Source: Bacteroidota bacterium (lineage in GTDB: Bacteria > Bacteroidota > Rhodothermia > Balneolales > Balneolaceae). From it: 35,074 nucleotides of DNA. The stretch covers positions 1-35,074 of the forward strand of contig JAYPDB010000003.1 of assembly GCA_038125045.1 (NCBI GenBank), written 5' to 3'. The position numbers and the translations under genes were made by a program. Shown here piece after piece: positions 1 to 8,919 of this stretch. The stretch's first letter is position 1; every line of letters starts with the position of its first letter. The notes under the pieces were generated by a model. That model ran no database searches. It was not told where the DNA came from and saw only the letters and a list, made by a program, of their open reading frames with translations.

Positions 1-577
1 CCTCATCATCCCAAAAAGGAGTGTCAACACCTCCTAAGTACAATAATGAAAACTGGGTTTTTGTTCGTTTGTATTCTTCAACCCATCCCTTAACCATTCC
101 TTGAATAGCAAATTTACTTGCCGAGTATAGCGCCGAATTCCTCATTATGTATTTACCCATGGTTCCAGGAAAGTAAATCATACGTGCATGTTCTGCGTTC
201 ATATGTTCAATAAAAGCTTGAGTCACCCAATAGCTACCTAATACATTAGTATTCAGGACTTCAAGGGCTAATTCAGCTTTGACATCCGTAGTCGCTTGAA
301 TAACACCTTTTCCATAGGCATGTATGAGAGCATCTATTGGGCCTAATTCATCATGTATTTGCTTAGCTACTCTAATAATTGAAGCGGAGTTTGTTACATC
401 CAAGGGAATCGCATACGCTTCACCACCTTGTTCATTAATCGCTAGTGCCACTTGTTCTGCTCTTGTTTGGACTCGTGACGTAATGACTATTCGATAGTTT
501 TTTTCGCTAAGATGATGGGCAATGGCACGTCCTATTCCACCACTTCCCCCTATAATTACGGCTAAAGGTTGAGGCAT
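1..577 (-). CDS. Classical short-chain dehydrogenase/reductase (SDR) family oxidoreductase; the 3' end runs off the window
   Basis: Absent from the ORF track because no stop codon lies in the window. Reverse complement from the ATG at 575-577 reads MPQPLAVIIGGSGGIGRAIAHHLSEKNYRIVITSR... (Rossmann GxxxGxG). Further on it reads ...NSALYSASKFAIQG (YxxxK catalytic motif). The frame stays open to position 1. Confidence 0.75.
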   Translation of the reverse strand, partial: MPQPLAVIIGGSGGIGRAIAHHLSEKNYRIVITSRVQTRAEQVALAINEQGGEAYAIPLDVTNSASIIRVAKQIHDELGPIDALIHAYGKGVIQATTDVKAELALEVLNTNVLGSYWVTQAFIEHMNAEHARMIYFPGTMGKYIMRNSALYSASKFAIQGMVKGWVEEYKRTKTQFSLLYLGGVDTPFWDDE

Positions 578-745
578 GATACGGTTATGTTATTGATAAT
601 AAGTAACTAACATAGAAGTAAGTTGATGCTTAAAACGTTCCTTAAAATGAATCAAAAACTTTACTCTTGAGTGAATGAAAAGCAATCTAGCATCGTTTTA
701 TTGATATCGTATGTAGGTATAAAGTTTCTAATCATTAGGAAGAGC

Positions 746-2263
746 ATGAAGCAAAATGGAGTGGAACGCGTTACAAGAGATGAGGTTAAGACCCTTGGCG
801 ATTTACATGAGTTTGGTTGGGTAAGTAGGTCGGTGAAAGATGAGATGCGCTCAAATCTTATTCGATTTATTAAAATCAACCAACAACCATTTAAAGGTAT
901 ACTTGGTTATGAACATACCGTTATGCCTCAAATTCAACAAGCTATTCTTGCCAAACATGATTTTATTCTCCTAGGATTGCGGGGGCAAGGAAAAACTAAG
1001 TTACTCCGTCAACTCATCTATTTATTAGACGATTATATGCCAATAGTTGAAGGCTCTGTTATTCAAGATGATCCATTTCGTCCACTTTCACGATATGCGG
1101 TTGATAAAATTAATGACATGGGAATGGACACTCCTATAGCCTGGGTAAGCAGAGAAGCTCGATTTAGTGAAAAATTAGCCACCCCTGATACTACAGTATC
1201 CGATATTATAGGAGATATAGATCCCATCAAAGCAGCATCTCAGAAGCTTGATTTATCCCATGAGGAATCCATTAATTTTGGGTTAATTCCAAGATCTAAT
1301 AGGGGAATTTTTATCATTAATGAACTTCCGGACCTGCAACCACGCATTCAAGTTGCATTGCTGAATATTATGCAAGAAAGAGATATTCAGATCCGTGGTT
1401 TTAAATTTCGTATGCCTTTGGACATATGTATGGCATTTTCTGCAAACCCAGAAGATTATACCAATAGGGGTAACATCATTACACCTTTGAAAGACCGAAT
1501 CGATGCACAGATCATTACACATTACCCAAAGAGTCTGGCAACGGCAATGGAAATTACCTCCCAAGAATCTTGGGCCGATAGAGATTCAGGGGTGCATGTA
1601 TATATTCCCGATGTATTTAGACATATCATAGACCAAATTGCATTTGAAGCTCGAGAATCTGAATACATCGATCAAAAGAGTGGTGTTTCTAGTAGAATGT
1701 CGATTACTGCTATGGAACAGATGGTTAGTGCCGCTGAGAGGAGAGCATTTACTCAAGGTGTAATGCAAACTAATGTAAGAATTAGCGATGTGTATCATGT
1801 TATACCTGCCTTAACAGGTAAACTTGAATTGGTCTATGAGGGAGAACAAGAAGGTGCCATCAATGTAGCCAAATTGATTATAGGTAAAGCGATATCGAAA
1901 ACGTTTAAACGTTATTTTCCAGATCCTTCAAAGAGAAATGATGACGAACCAAGCATATACGAACCCATTGGTATGCATTTTGAATTAGGCAATGAAATTA
2001 CCCTAGGGGATACGCTTAATGATGGTGCCTACTCAAAGGTATTACTATCGGTTAGCGGTTTAGAACAAGCCGTTGAAACTACCATTCAGGATGCATTATC
2101 ACATACCGATAAACTTGCTTGGATGGATATTTTACTTGAAACCTTGCACCAACATTCTATGCTTGGAAAAGTAGAATTTGATCAGAGTCTACGCTACACC
2201 GACATGTTGGGAAGTATGTTTAATCCTCTAGACATTGACGAAGAATATGATGAAGATAGTTGA
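746..2263 (+). CDS. AAA+ ATPase, Mg-chelatase ChlI/BchI-like family (often auto-annotated 'magnesium chelatase' or 'sigma-54 interaction domain protein'); function unknown
   Basis: Walker A is GLRGQGKTKL. The ChlI-like block SNRGIFIINELPDLQPRIQVALLNIMQERDIQIRG...AFSANPEDY parallels BchI ANRGxLxIDExNLL...NPEEG. It has no GAFTGA motif and no HTH. The ORF track starts at GTG 671, but those 25 extra residues are hydrophobic and unlike an ATPase N-terminus. I prefer ATG 746 (MKQNGVERV...), which is preceded by aggaagag. Confidence 0.6.
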   Translation: MKQNGVERVTRDEVKTLGDLHEFGWVSRSVKDEMRSNLIRFIKINQQPFKGILGYEHTVMPQIQQAILAKHDFILLGLRGQGKTKLLRQLIYLLDDYMPIVEGSVIQDDPFRPLSRYAVDKINDMGMDTPIAWVSREARFSEKLATPDTTVSDIIGDIDPIKAASQKLDLSHEESINFGLIPRSNRGIFIINELPDLQPRIQVALLNIMQERDIQIRGFKFRMPLDICMAFSANPEDYTNRGNIITPLKDRIDAQIITHYPKSLATAMEITSQESWADRDSGVHVYIPDVFRHIIDQIAFEARESEYIDQKSGVSSRMSITAMEQMVSAAERRAFTQGVMQTNVRISDVYHVIPALTGKLELVYEGEQEGAINVAKLIIGKAISKTFKRYFPDPSKRNDDEPSIYEPIGMHFELGNEITLGDTLNDGAYSKVLLSVSGLEQAVETTIQDALSHTDKLAWMDILLETLHQHSMLGKVEFDQSLRYTDMLGSMFNPLDIDEEYDEDS

Positions 2264-2339
2264 ATATTTTAGCTGTTTTAGATTGAGTGCTAATAGAATA
2301 TTCTTTATCTTATAAGTCTGAATTCTAAAATATTTGATT

Positions 2340-2555
2340 ATGAAAGCTGGAATACATCCCGATTACAAGGAAATTACTGTACAACTTAGTGACGGAACCG
2401 AAATTAAGACTCGAAGTACATTAGATACCAAAGATGGTATTTATAAGCCAGAAGTCGATTCTAGAAATCATCCCTTCTACACAAAGAATAACTCTTTCAC
2501 AGCTAAAGCTGGTAGGGTTGATCGATTTAAGCGGATGTACGACAAGAAGAAATAA
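2340..2555 (+). CDS. rpmE: 50S ribosomal protein L31, type B (no Zn-binding cysteines)
   Basis: MKAGIHPDYKEITV...HPFYT...GRVDRFKRMY is the L31 signature, and the protein contains no Cys. ATG at 2340 is preferred over the upstream TTG at 2334. A clear terminator follows. Confidence 0.9.
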   Translation: MKAGIHPDYKEITVQLSDGTEIKTRSTLDTKDGIYKPEVDSRNHPFYTKNNSFTAKAGRVDRFKRMYDKKK

Positions 2556-2560
2556 ATTGA

Positions 2561-2588
2561 AAAGCCATCTTACGGATGGCTTTTTTTA
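2561..2588 (+). terminator. Rho-independent terminator after rpmE
   Basis: aaAGCCATCttacGGATGGCTttttttt. It is a 7-bp GC-containing stem (2563-2569 / 2575-2581) with a 5-nt loop and a T-run. Confidence 0.7.
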
Positions 2589-2591
2589 TAT

Positions 2592-3224
2592 ATGCAAATA
2601 AAAATTTTTGAAGTTGGTCCATTCCAGCAAAACACCTATTTACTATATGGTGCGAAGAGAAAAGCTGTTATAATTGATGCTGGCTTTTCATCCGACTTTG
2701 AATTTGCAACCTTCACCTCCTAGCTACATCAACATAAACTCTCTGTTGAAGCCATTTTACTTACACACGCACATGTTGATCATATATTGGGTTTGGATCG
2801 CCTTCTTACTTTTGTTGATGTGCCCGTGTATCTTCATCAGGAAGATCGTTTTCTTTGGGAAAATTTTGAGCATCAGGCAAAAATGTTTGGGTTCAACTCG
2901 ATTACACCCACTTGCACACTTCATGACTTAAAGGATAAGAACACACTTGAAGTTGCTGGCTTTACTATTGACACACTTTATACACCAGGTCATTCTCCCG
3001 ATCACTGTTCGTTCTATATAAAAAATGAAGGCATGTTATTATCCGGTGATGTACTATTTAGAGAAAGTATAGGCAGAACAGATCTCTATAAAGGTGATTT
3101 TGATACCTTGAAAATTTCAGTCATCGAAAAGTTGTTTACCCTACCCAGAGAAACCAAAGTCTATCCTGGTCATGGCCCAAGTACAAGCATTGGACATGAA
3201 ATAGAGCACAATCCTTTTATTTAG
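2592..3224 (+). pseudogene. MBL-fold metallo-hydrolase (YcbL/GloB-like, about 210 aa) interrupted by a single in-frame TAG at 2721..2723
   Basis: My translation from ATG 2592 gives MQIKIFEVGPFQQNTYLLYGAKRKAVIIDAGFSSDFEFATFTS*LHQHKLSVEAILLTHAHVDHILG..., in the same frame as track ORF 2787..3224. The HxHxDH motif (THAHVDH) lies downstream of the stop and upstream of the first Met the track uses. The remainder (TPGHSPDH, GDVLF..SIGRTDL, YPGHGP.T.IG.E...NPF) is full length and intact. Confidence 0.75.
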
Positions 3225-3826
3225 CTATCGTTTTTAAGTTCTTCAATTTTTGTTGAATACACATCAGCCTTTTCTTCATTAGCAATGACTAGACGTTCAT
3301 ACATGTGTATGGCTTCTTTTTTATTTCCTTGAGCTTCATGAATCTTAGCAAGAGTTTCGGAAATGATTTCTGCAACATCGTTGGATGGTTCGCTTAGATC
3401 TTCATCACTAACGTCATTGTATGAGTAGTTAACTCTTTGACTCTCTACAGCCTCCAATAGTTCAATGAGGCGGTCTAAATCCAAGATCTGCGGTGTTCTG
3501 TTGCCTTGAACAAAAACCTTTTTCTTTTTGACTAATCGGGTAGGTATGGCAGCTTCAAATTGTTCTGGATGTAGTAAAAAAAAGTGTAAATGTTCCATTA
3601 ATGGACTACCTGGAGCATAGGTTTTTGCCTTTAAAGCTTCTGAAATAGCAGTCTCTTGGTCTCCTTGCAGGTGATAGAACCAAGCCAATAAAAAATGTCC
3701 TACGGCATCAGGATCCCTTTTTTTTACCAATCGATCCAATTTTCTTGTCATACGTTCTGGATCGGATTCAAATTGCTCTACATAGCTATTTAAAGAGGGC
3801 GGTATGGTAAAAGGGAGAGTTTTCAT
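3221..3826 (-). CDS. Hypothetical protein, TPR-like helical repeats
   Basis: 201-aa ORF with an ATG start. Helical repeat-like segments include AWFYHLQGDQETAISEALKAKTYAP and LAKIHEAQGNKKEAIHMYERLV. It lies downstream of the LptE-like gene on the same strand. Its stop (3221-3223) overlaps the stop of the convergent MBL gene. Confidence 0.5.
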   Translation of the reverse strand: MKTLPFTIPPSLNSYVEQFESDPERMTRKLDRLVKKRDPDAVGHFLLAWFYHLQGDQETAISEALKAKTYAPGSPLMEHLHFFLLHPEQFEAAIPTRLVKKKKVFVQGNRTPQILDLDRLIELLEAVESQRVNYSYNDVSDEDLSEPSNDVAEIISETLAKIHEAQGNKKEAIHMYERLVIANEEKADVYSTKIEELKNDS

Positions 3827-3884
3827 GTATCTAGCTAATATATCGGCTTAACAGTACATATGAAATATAGAATTCATAACATAC

Positions 3885-4400
3885 TTACCAATTACTAACC
3901 GCATCATTAAACATATTATTCGCTATTTGTGCCAATGCCTCAGAGGCAGCCTCTAGTTCCCCATTAATAGGATCTTCGGTTGGGTCATAAGTAAAACTGC
4001 CTGAAAAACTTTTATTCCATAGAGCTTCATCGCTGGAAGCATATTGAAAACGCGCTTGCACCGTTATGTTAACCTGATTTTGAGAAGCTTGTTCATTGCC
4101 CCCAATTGAAAAAGGGCGATTGGTATAACTTTGTATCCTTCCATCAATAAAAGCATCGGCTATATCCAAGTTAGGGGCTAATTGCAACCGGCTTTGGTTT
4201 ACAAACCGATTAATAAGTGATGTATTTAATCGATCGCTTAAGTCACCCAAACCACTACCTGATTGGTCTGGGAAAAAAGGTATATAAATAGTATTTACAC
4301 CTTCTGGTATACTCGCGCCCGTAAAGCTGTACCTGAGGCAGCTAAATTGAGCACTCATGATCATCAAGAGAATTAGGACAGTCATACTACGCTTAAACAT
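3885..4400 (-). CDS. LptE-like LPS-assembly lipoprotein (putative)
   Basis: Signal peptide plus a lipobox-like MTVLILLMIMSAQFSC. The size (171 aa) and the pattern YSFTG...IPEGVNTIYIPFF.....L...L...L...F resemble Bacteroidota LptE-family proteins. It sits 20 nt downstream of a sigma-54 activator, a synteny common in that phylum. Assignment is by resemblance only. Confidence 0.5.
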   Translation of the reverse strand: MFKRSMTVLILLMIMSAQFSCLRYSFTGASIPEGVNTIYIPFFPDQSGSGLGDLSDRLNTSLINRFVNQSRLQLAPNLDIADAFIDGRIQSYTNRPFSIGGNEQASQNQVNITVQARFQYASSDEALWNKSFSGSFTYDPTEDPINGELEAASEALAQIANNMFNDAVSNW

Positions 4401-4420
4401 CTTTTGTGTCTTTAAAGAGG

Positions 4421-5758
4421 TTATTTTTTGTCGAGTCCAAATTGATCTAACTTTCGATAGAGTGTGCGCTCACTAATACCAAGAGTTTCTGAAGCTTTTC
4501 TTCGATTTCCATCAAAGACTTCTAATGCTCGTTCAATTAAAAAGCGTTCGGTTTCTTCCAGAGAAGGAATGTAATCCCCTTTTAACTGAATGTTGCTCTC
4601 GTCTTCTAATGACTCTTCATAGGATTCGAAATCATCGGTCTTAATATTGCTAATAGCAGGCATGGGATTCATGGGATGTTCCATGCTCTGCTCAGGCGAA
4701 TAATAATTAGAGGTTACATCTATATCATTATTAATCAACGAGTCATTTTGCGAATTCTTTGCGGGAAGTGCGGGGAGGTTGTTAGGCTTATTGCTGGAAA
4801 ACAGAGAGTACACCAAATTAGCAATCATCTTTTTTACATCTCCTATATCGGAACGCATTTCCAGTAAGGCTCGATATATAAGCTCGGTATTATGTCCCTG
4901 AGTGTTAGAAGATGAGTCTTGATTGAAGCCCAGCGTATCATTTAGCATGGGGAGATTGTCTGAGGCGCCCACTCTTTGTCTACCTTTTAGGTACTTTTGT
5001 AGTTTATCGGCATCTACAAACTGAGATTTCTCTAAAACGACGAGTTGTTCCGCAACATTTCTGAGTTCTCGAATATTACCAGGCCATCGATAAGAAGTGA
5101 GTAAGGCCTTTGCTTCGTCTGAGAATCCCCTGAAAACAGAATCATAACGGCGTGAAAAATGCTCAACAAAATTTCTGAATATGGGAATAATGTCTTCTGA
5201 ACGTTCACGTAAGGGGGGTAGGTGAATCTGGACAGTATCTAGCCGGTAGTATAAATCTTCTCTGAAGGTACCTTCTTGAACCATCTCCCAGAGGTCTTTA
5301 TTAGTGGCTGCTATGACGCGTACATCCGTGGTTTGTAGTTTAGATGAACCCACTCGGAAAAATTCTCCGTTTTCTAGTATACGTAATAGCTTAACTTGTA
5401 CATTTTTTGGAGTATCTCCAATTTCATCTAAGAAAATGGTTCCTCCATTGGCTTTTTCAAAATATCCTTGTCTTGTTTCGTTGGCCCCCGTAAATGCTCC
5501 TTTTTCATGGCCAAAAAGTTCACTCTCAATGATTCCTTCTGGGATGGCGCCGCAGTTTACTATGATCAGATCGTTATGTTTCCTCTCGCTTAACCCATGT
5601 ATAGCTCTTGCCGTAACATCTTTACCAACACCACTTTCTCCTTGTAATAAGACAGTGATATCGGCTTTTGACACCTGCATAACCTTATTGACAACCTGTT
5701 TGAGTGCAGGTGAATCACCAATCAATCCAAATTGTTGCTGAAATACTTCTCTATCCAT
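4421..5758 (-). CDS. Sigma-54-dependent transcriptional activator (bEBP) with no N-terminal sensory/receiver domain
   Basis: Walker A is GESGVGKDV, and the GAFTGA loop is present (ELFGHEKGAFTGA). Other motifs are RVIAATN, YRLDTVQIHLPPLRER and a C-terminal Fis-type HTH (NRRKASETLGISERTLYRKL). The AAA+ core begins about 10 residues from the N-terminus. Confidence 0.85.
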   Translation of the reverse strand: MDREVFQQQFGLIGDSPALKQVVNKVMQVSKADITVLLQGESGVGKDVTARAIHGLSERKHNDLIIVNCGAIPEGIIESELFGHEKGAFTGANETRQGYFEKANGGTIFLDEIGDTPKNVQVKLLRILENGEFFRVGSSKLQTTDVRVIAATNKDLWEMVQEGTFREDLYYRLDTVQIHLPPLRERSEDIIPIFRNFVEHFSRRYDSVFRGFSDEAKALLTSYRWPGNIRELRNVAEQLVVLEKSQFVDADKLQKYLKGRQRVGASDNLPMLNDTLGFNQDSSSNTQGHNTELIYRALLEMRSDIGDVKKMIANLVYSLFSSNKPNNLPALPAKNSQNDSLINNDIDVTSNYYSPEQSMEHPMNPMPAISNIKTDDFESYEESLEDESNIQLKGDYIPSLEETERFLIERALEVFDGNRRKASETLGISERTLYRKLDQFGLDKK

Positions 5759-5828
5759 AATAATTGTATGACATTATGTCGTAATATACGAAATAAAGTC
5801 GAGAATTAGGATAGGTGCAATCTCTACT

Positions 5829-6311
5829 TCAACTTTTTAGTAATTCAGTAGATTGCTCTATTGGAAGACTTCTGGTTTCTTTGAAACTAGAGAGCACCAG
5901 ATTGGATCTTGTTTTGTCTACTCCTTCCCAGGATTGGATTTTTGATAGTAATCGTTCGAAAGAACTGGTGTTCTTTGTACGTACTTTAAGTAGATGAGAA
6001 CCTTCTCCAGTTATACTATGACATTCTAATATTTCAGGTTCTAAATGAGTTTGTGCTACAAAATTAGGGTAGTTCTCAGATCCATCAACTTGAACAAATA
6101 AGAATGCGGTAATATCGAAATGAAAATCTTTATCACTTAAAATAGCGTGATAGCCTTTAATTAAGCCTCTATCTTCTAGCTTTTTCATCCTTTCCGATAC
6201 AGAAGGAACCGATAGACCAACCAACTCAGCTATTTTATTTCGCTGAGCACGTCCATGCTCTTGTAAATGGTTTAGGATTTTGATGTCGATATCGTCAAGT
6301 AATGGAATCAT
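5829..6311 (-). CDS. Lrp/AsnC family transcriptional regulator
   Basis: N-terminal AsnC-type HTH (LDDIDIKILNHLQEHGRAQRNKIAELVGLSVPSVSERMKKLEDRGLIKGY) followed by a RAM/ligand-binding domain. Length is 160 aa. Confidence 0.85.
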   Translation of the reverse strand: MIPLLDDIDIKILNHLQEHGRAQRNKIAELVGLSVPSVSERMKKLEDRGLIKGYHAILSDKDFHFDITAFLFVQVDGSENYPNFVAQTHLEPEILECHSITGEGSHLLKVRTKNTSSFERLLSKIQSWEGVDKTRSNLVLSSFKETRSLPIEQSTELLKS

Positions 6312-6506
6312 GATGAAAATATTTATTGGTCAGATAGCAGATATACTTAAATAATAAAAATTATGTTGTAGATCACTTAAAGTTCTTAAGTATAAAATAC
6401 GAATTCATGCATTTAATTGGAATTTTCTAAGTATCAATAATTAAAAAAAGAACTAACGAAATGTACAATTACCTTGTATCTTTAAGACCCAACAAAATCA
6501 TGTATT

Positions 6507-7775
6507 ATGCTAGATATTAGTTTTATCAGAGAAAACAAGACCTTGGTTGAAACATCCATGAAAAACAAGGGTGAAAAAGAAACGGGGATTGTTTCTGAGG
6601 TTCTTAAAAAAGATGAAGAGTGGCGAACGCTTGTTCATAAAGTGGACACGCTTAGAAGTGAGAGTAATAGAGCAGCTAAGGAAATTGGGGCATTGATGGC
6701 AGGAGGGAAAAGAGAAGAAGCCCAAAAAATAATTGATCAGACCTCCCAAGCCAAAGAGCAGATTAAGGAACTCGAAGAAACGTTAAAATCAGTGTCCAAT
6801 GAACGAACAGATTTGTTGTTACGCATTCCAAATGTGGCTCATCCCTCTGTGCCTGTAGGTGCTACAGAAGAAGACAATCACGTTCATGCAACTTGGGGTA
6901 CACCTTCGACTGATTCGTGGAGAAAAGCTCATTGGGAACTTTTAGAGCGACATGGTTGGATTGATTTTGAACGGGGTGTTAAAGTTACGGGAGCTGGATT
7001 CCCTTTTTACATTGGACCCTTAGCTCAATTGCAACGGGCATTAATTAGTTTCTTTATTAATGAAGCACAATCCTCAGGTTATACTGAGATTCAGGCCCCT
7101 TTCTTTATTAATGAAGACTCGGCTAGAGGTACAGGACAGATTCCTGATAAAGAGGACATGATGTACGTGATACCAAGGGATGGTTTTTTTGCCATACCTA
7201 CCGCAGAGGTGCCTGTTACGAATTTTCATCGTGATGAAATAATTCCCGAGGAACAACTACCTATTCAATATGTGTGTCATACCCCTTGTTGGAGAAGGGA
7301 AGCAGGCTCATATGGTAAAGATGTTCGGGGACTCAATCGCCTTCATCAGTTCGATAAAGTAGAACTTGTTCATTTTGTAAAACCTGAAGATTCCTACGAT
7401 TGTTTAGAACAGCTTCGAGAGCATGTAGAACAATTACTCCAAAAACTCAACTTACCCTACAGAACCCTTCTTATGTGTACGGGGGACATGGGATTTACAC
7501 AGTCAAAGAAATATGACATAGAAGTATGGAGCCCCGGCCAAGAACTTTGGCTCGAAGTTAGCTCTTGTTCTAACTTTGAAGCCTTTCAAGCGAGAAGAAT
7601 GCAACTCAGATATCGTAAGGCAGAAAAAGAGACTGAAATTCTACACACTCTTAATGGTTCAGGTTTGGCCTTGCCACGTGTGCTTGCCGCTGTGCTTGAA
7701 GCTTATCAGACTGAAAATGGAAGAGTTCACGTTCCTGAAGTTCTGAAACCTTATTTGAACAGAGCGTACCTCTAA
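6507..7775 (+). CDS. serS: Serine--tRNA ligase
   Basis: N-terminal coiled-coil arm, then class II motifs (TGAGFPFY, CWRREAGSYGKDVRGLNRLHQFDKVE, LNGSGLALPRVLAA). Length is 422 aa. Confidence 0.95.
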   Translation: MLDISFIRENKTLVETSMKNKGEKETGIVSEVLKKDEEWRTLVHKVDTLRSESNRAAKEIGALMAGGKREEAQKIIDQTSQAKEQIKELEETLKSVSNERTDLLLRIPNVAHPSVPVGATEEDNHVHATWGTPSTDSWRKAHWELLERHGWIDFERGVKVTGAGFPFYIGPLAQLQRALISFFINEAQSSGYTEIQAPFFINEDSARGTGQIPDKEDMMYVIPRDGFFAIPTAEVPVTNFHRDEIIPEEQLPIQYVCHTPCWRREAGSYGKDVRGLNRLHQFDKVELVHFVKPEDSYDCLEQLREHVEQLLQKLNLPYRTLLMCTGDMGFTQSKKYDIEVWSPGQELWLEVSSCSNFEAFQARRMQLRYRKAEKETEILHTLNGSGLALPRVLAAVLEAYQTENGRVHVPEVLKPYLNRAYL

Positions 7776-8779
7776 CCGCTTACAAAAAAATATTCTTCTT
7801 CCTGGAAATTTAGTAATCGCTCCAGAATTGGTTCCATAGTATCGAATTGCATAAGATCTAAACGTAATTTCTTACCGTTACGAATTCCTTTCAGGTATTG
7901 GCCATAGTGTTTTTTCATAATAATAACCCCATAGTGCTCGCCTTGGTGTTCAACAGATAGCCTTAGTTGTTCCGCGCAAACTTCTAGGCGTTCTTGGAGT
8001 GATATGGTGGGCTCATAATCACCATATTCTAGATAATTTCGACACTGTTTAAAGATCCAAGGATTGCCAATGGCACCTCTGCCAATCATCACGGCGTCAA
8101 CCCCAGTAGTTTCAAAAAGTTGCAAAGCTTTTTCCGGGCTGGTTACATCGCCGTTACCAATAATAGGAATATGAAGACCCGGTGTATCTTTTAATTTTTT
8201 TAGCCAAGTCCAATCGGCCTCTCCTTTGTACTTTTGAGCTCTGGTCCGTGCATGGACCGTCAGGGCACGAACGCCAACCGATTGCAGCATAAGCGCAACC
8301 TCTTGAATTCTTATGGTAGATTCATCCCAACCTAGCCTGGTTTTCACCGTCACAGGTTTAGAATCCACGGCATCAACTACGGTCCCAGCCATACGTTCCA
8401 TCATATCGAGATCTTTTAAACAAGCCGCACCAGCACCTTTGTTAACCACCTTATAAACGGGACATCCAAAATTAATGTCTACTACATCTGGATTACTCTG
8501 TTCAGCTACTTTAGCTGCACCGTACATAGCTTCCTCTCTGCCTCCAAAAATTTGAATACCCAGCGGACGCTCTTTTTCGTGGAAGGTCATTTTATGCATG
8601 GCGATATCGGAGTCTCTGATAAGGGCTTCTGAACTAATAAATTCAGTAAATACCATATCGGCTCCCATATTTCGACAAATTTGACGGAAAGGAGCATCAG
8701 AGACATCTTCCATCGGTGCTAAGAACAAAGGTTTCGTCGTGTTCTTGAACAAATTCTGAAACAGTGTTTGTGAACTCAT
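7772..8779 (-). CDS. dusB: tRNA-dihydrouridine synthase (DusB-like)
   Basis: LAPMEDVSDAPFRQICR, DINFGCP and the TIM-barrel FMN pattern (HARTRAQKYKGEADW, GNGD). The track start at 8785 is TTG, so ATG 8779 (MSSQTLF) is preferred. Confidence 0.85.
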   Translation of the reverse strand: MSSQTLFQNLFKNTTKPLFLAPMEDVSDAPFRQICRNMGADMVFTEFISSEALIRDSDIAMHKMTFHEKERPLGIQIFGGREEAMYGAAKVAEQSNPDVVDINFGCPVYKVVNKGAGAACLKDLDMMERMAGTVVDAVDSKPVTVKTRLGWDESTIRIQEVALMLQSVGVRALTVHARTRAQKYKGEADWTWLKKLKDTPGLHIPIIGNGDVTSPEKALQLFETTGVDAVMIGRGAIGNPWIFKQCRNYLEYGDYEPTISLQERLEVCAEQLRLSVEHQGEHYGVIIMKKHYGQYLKGIRNGKKLRLDLMQFDTMEPILERLLNFQEEEYFFVSG

Positions 8780-8919
8780 ACACAAAGATACAAATTAGTT
8801 GGATTAGAATATCCAATGAACTTTGCATACCAAAGTCTAAGTGTGAATTTTGTTAGTCATTTGATGGTAATACCACTATATTTTGGATCTTTACAGTACA
8901 ATTAGATAAACAAACACTC

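Noticed and set aside
671-745. GTG-initiated 25-residue N-terminal extension of the AAA+ ATPase ORF (MNEKQSSIVLLISYVGIKFLIIRKS)
   Set aside because: The extension is hydrophobic and unlike a cytosolic ATPase N-terminus. ATG 746, preceded by aggaagag, is a more plausible start. The track simply reports the longest ORF.
746-2263. Interpreting the ChlI-like ATPase as a second sigma-54 enhancer-binding protein
   Set aside because: It has no GAFTGA loop and no C-terminal HTH. Its block pattern matches ChlI/BchI-type ATPases instead.
2721-2723. TAG as a recoded sense codon (pyrrolysine or an altered genetic code)
   Set aside because: TAG is used as a normal stop elsewhere in the window, including the SPT-like gene at 21437..21439 and the MBL gene itself at 3222..3224. 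No pyl genes are visible. A nonsense mutation or a sequencing error is the simpler explanation.
2674-2931. 85-aa ORF in an alternative frame over the MBL hydrolase region
   Set aside because: It overlaps the clearly homologous MBL reading frame, which holds the HxHxDH motif in the other frame. It also has no recognisable motifs.
5304-5741. 145-aa ORF antisense to the sigma-54 activator
   Set aside because: It lies entirely within, and antisense to, a strongly supported CDS. Its composition is low-complexity and rich in Ser, Pro and Cys. It is a typical shadow ORF.
8799-8816. TTGGAT-tagaat-ATCCAA inverted repeat upstream of fbaB as an operator
   Set aside because: The arms are only 6 bp in an AT-rich intergenic region, and there is no adjacent regulator. 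The support is too weak to list as a feature.
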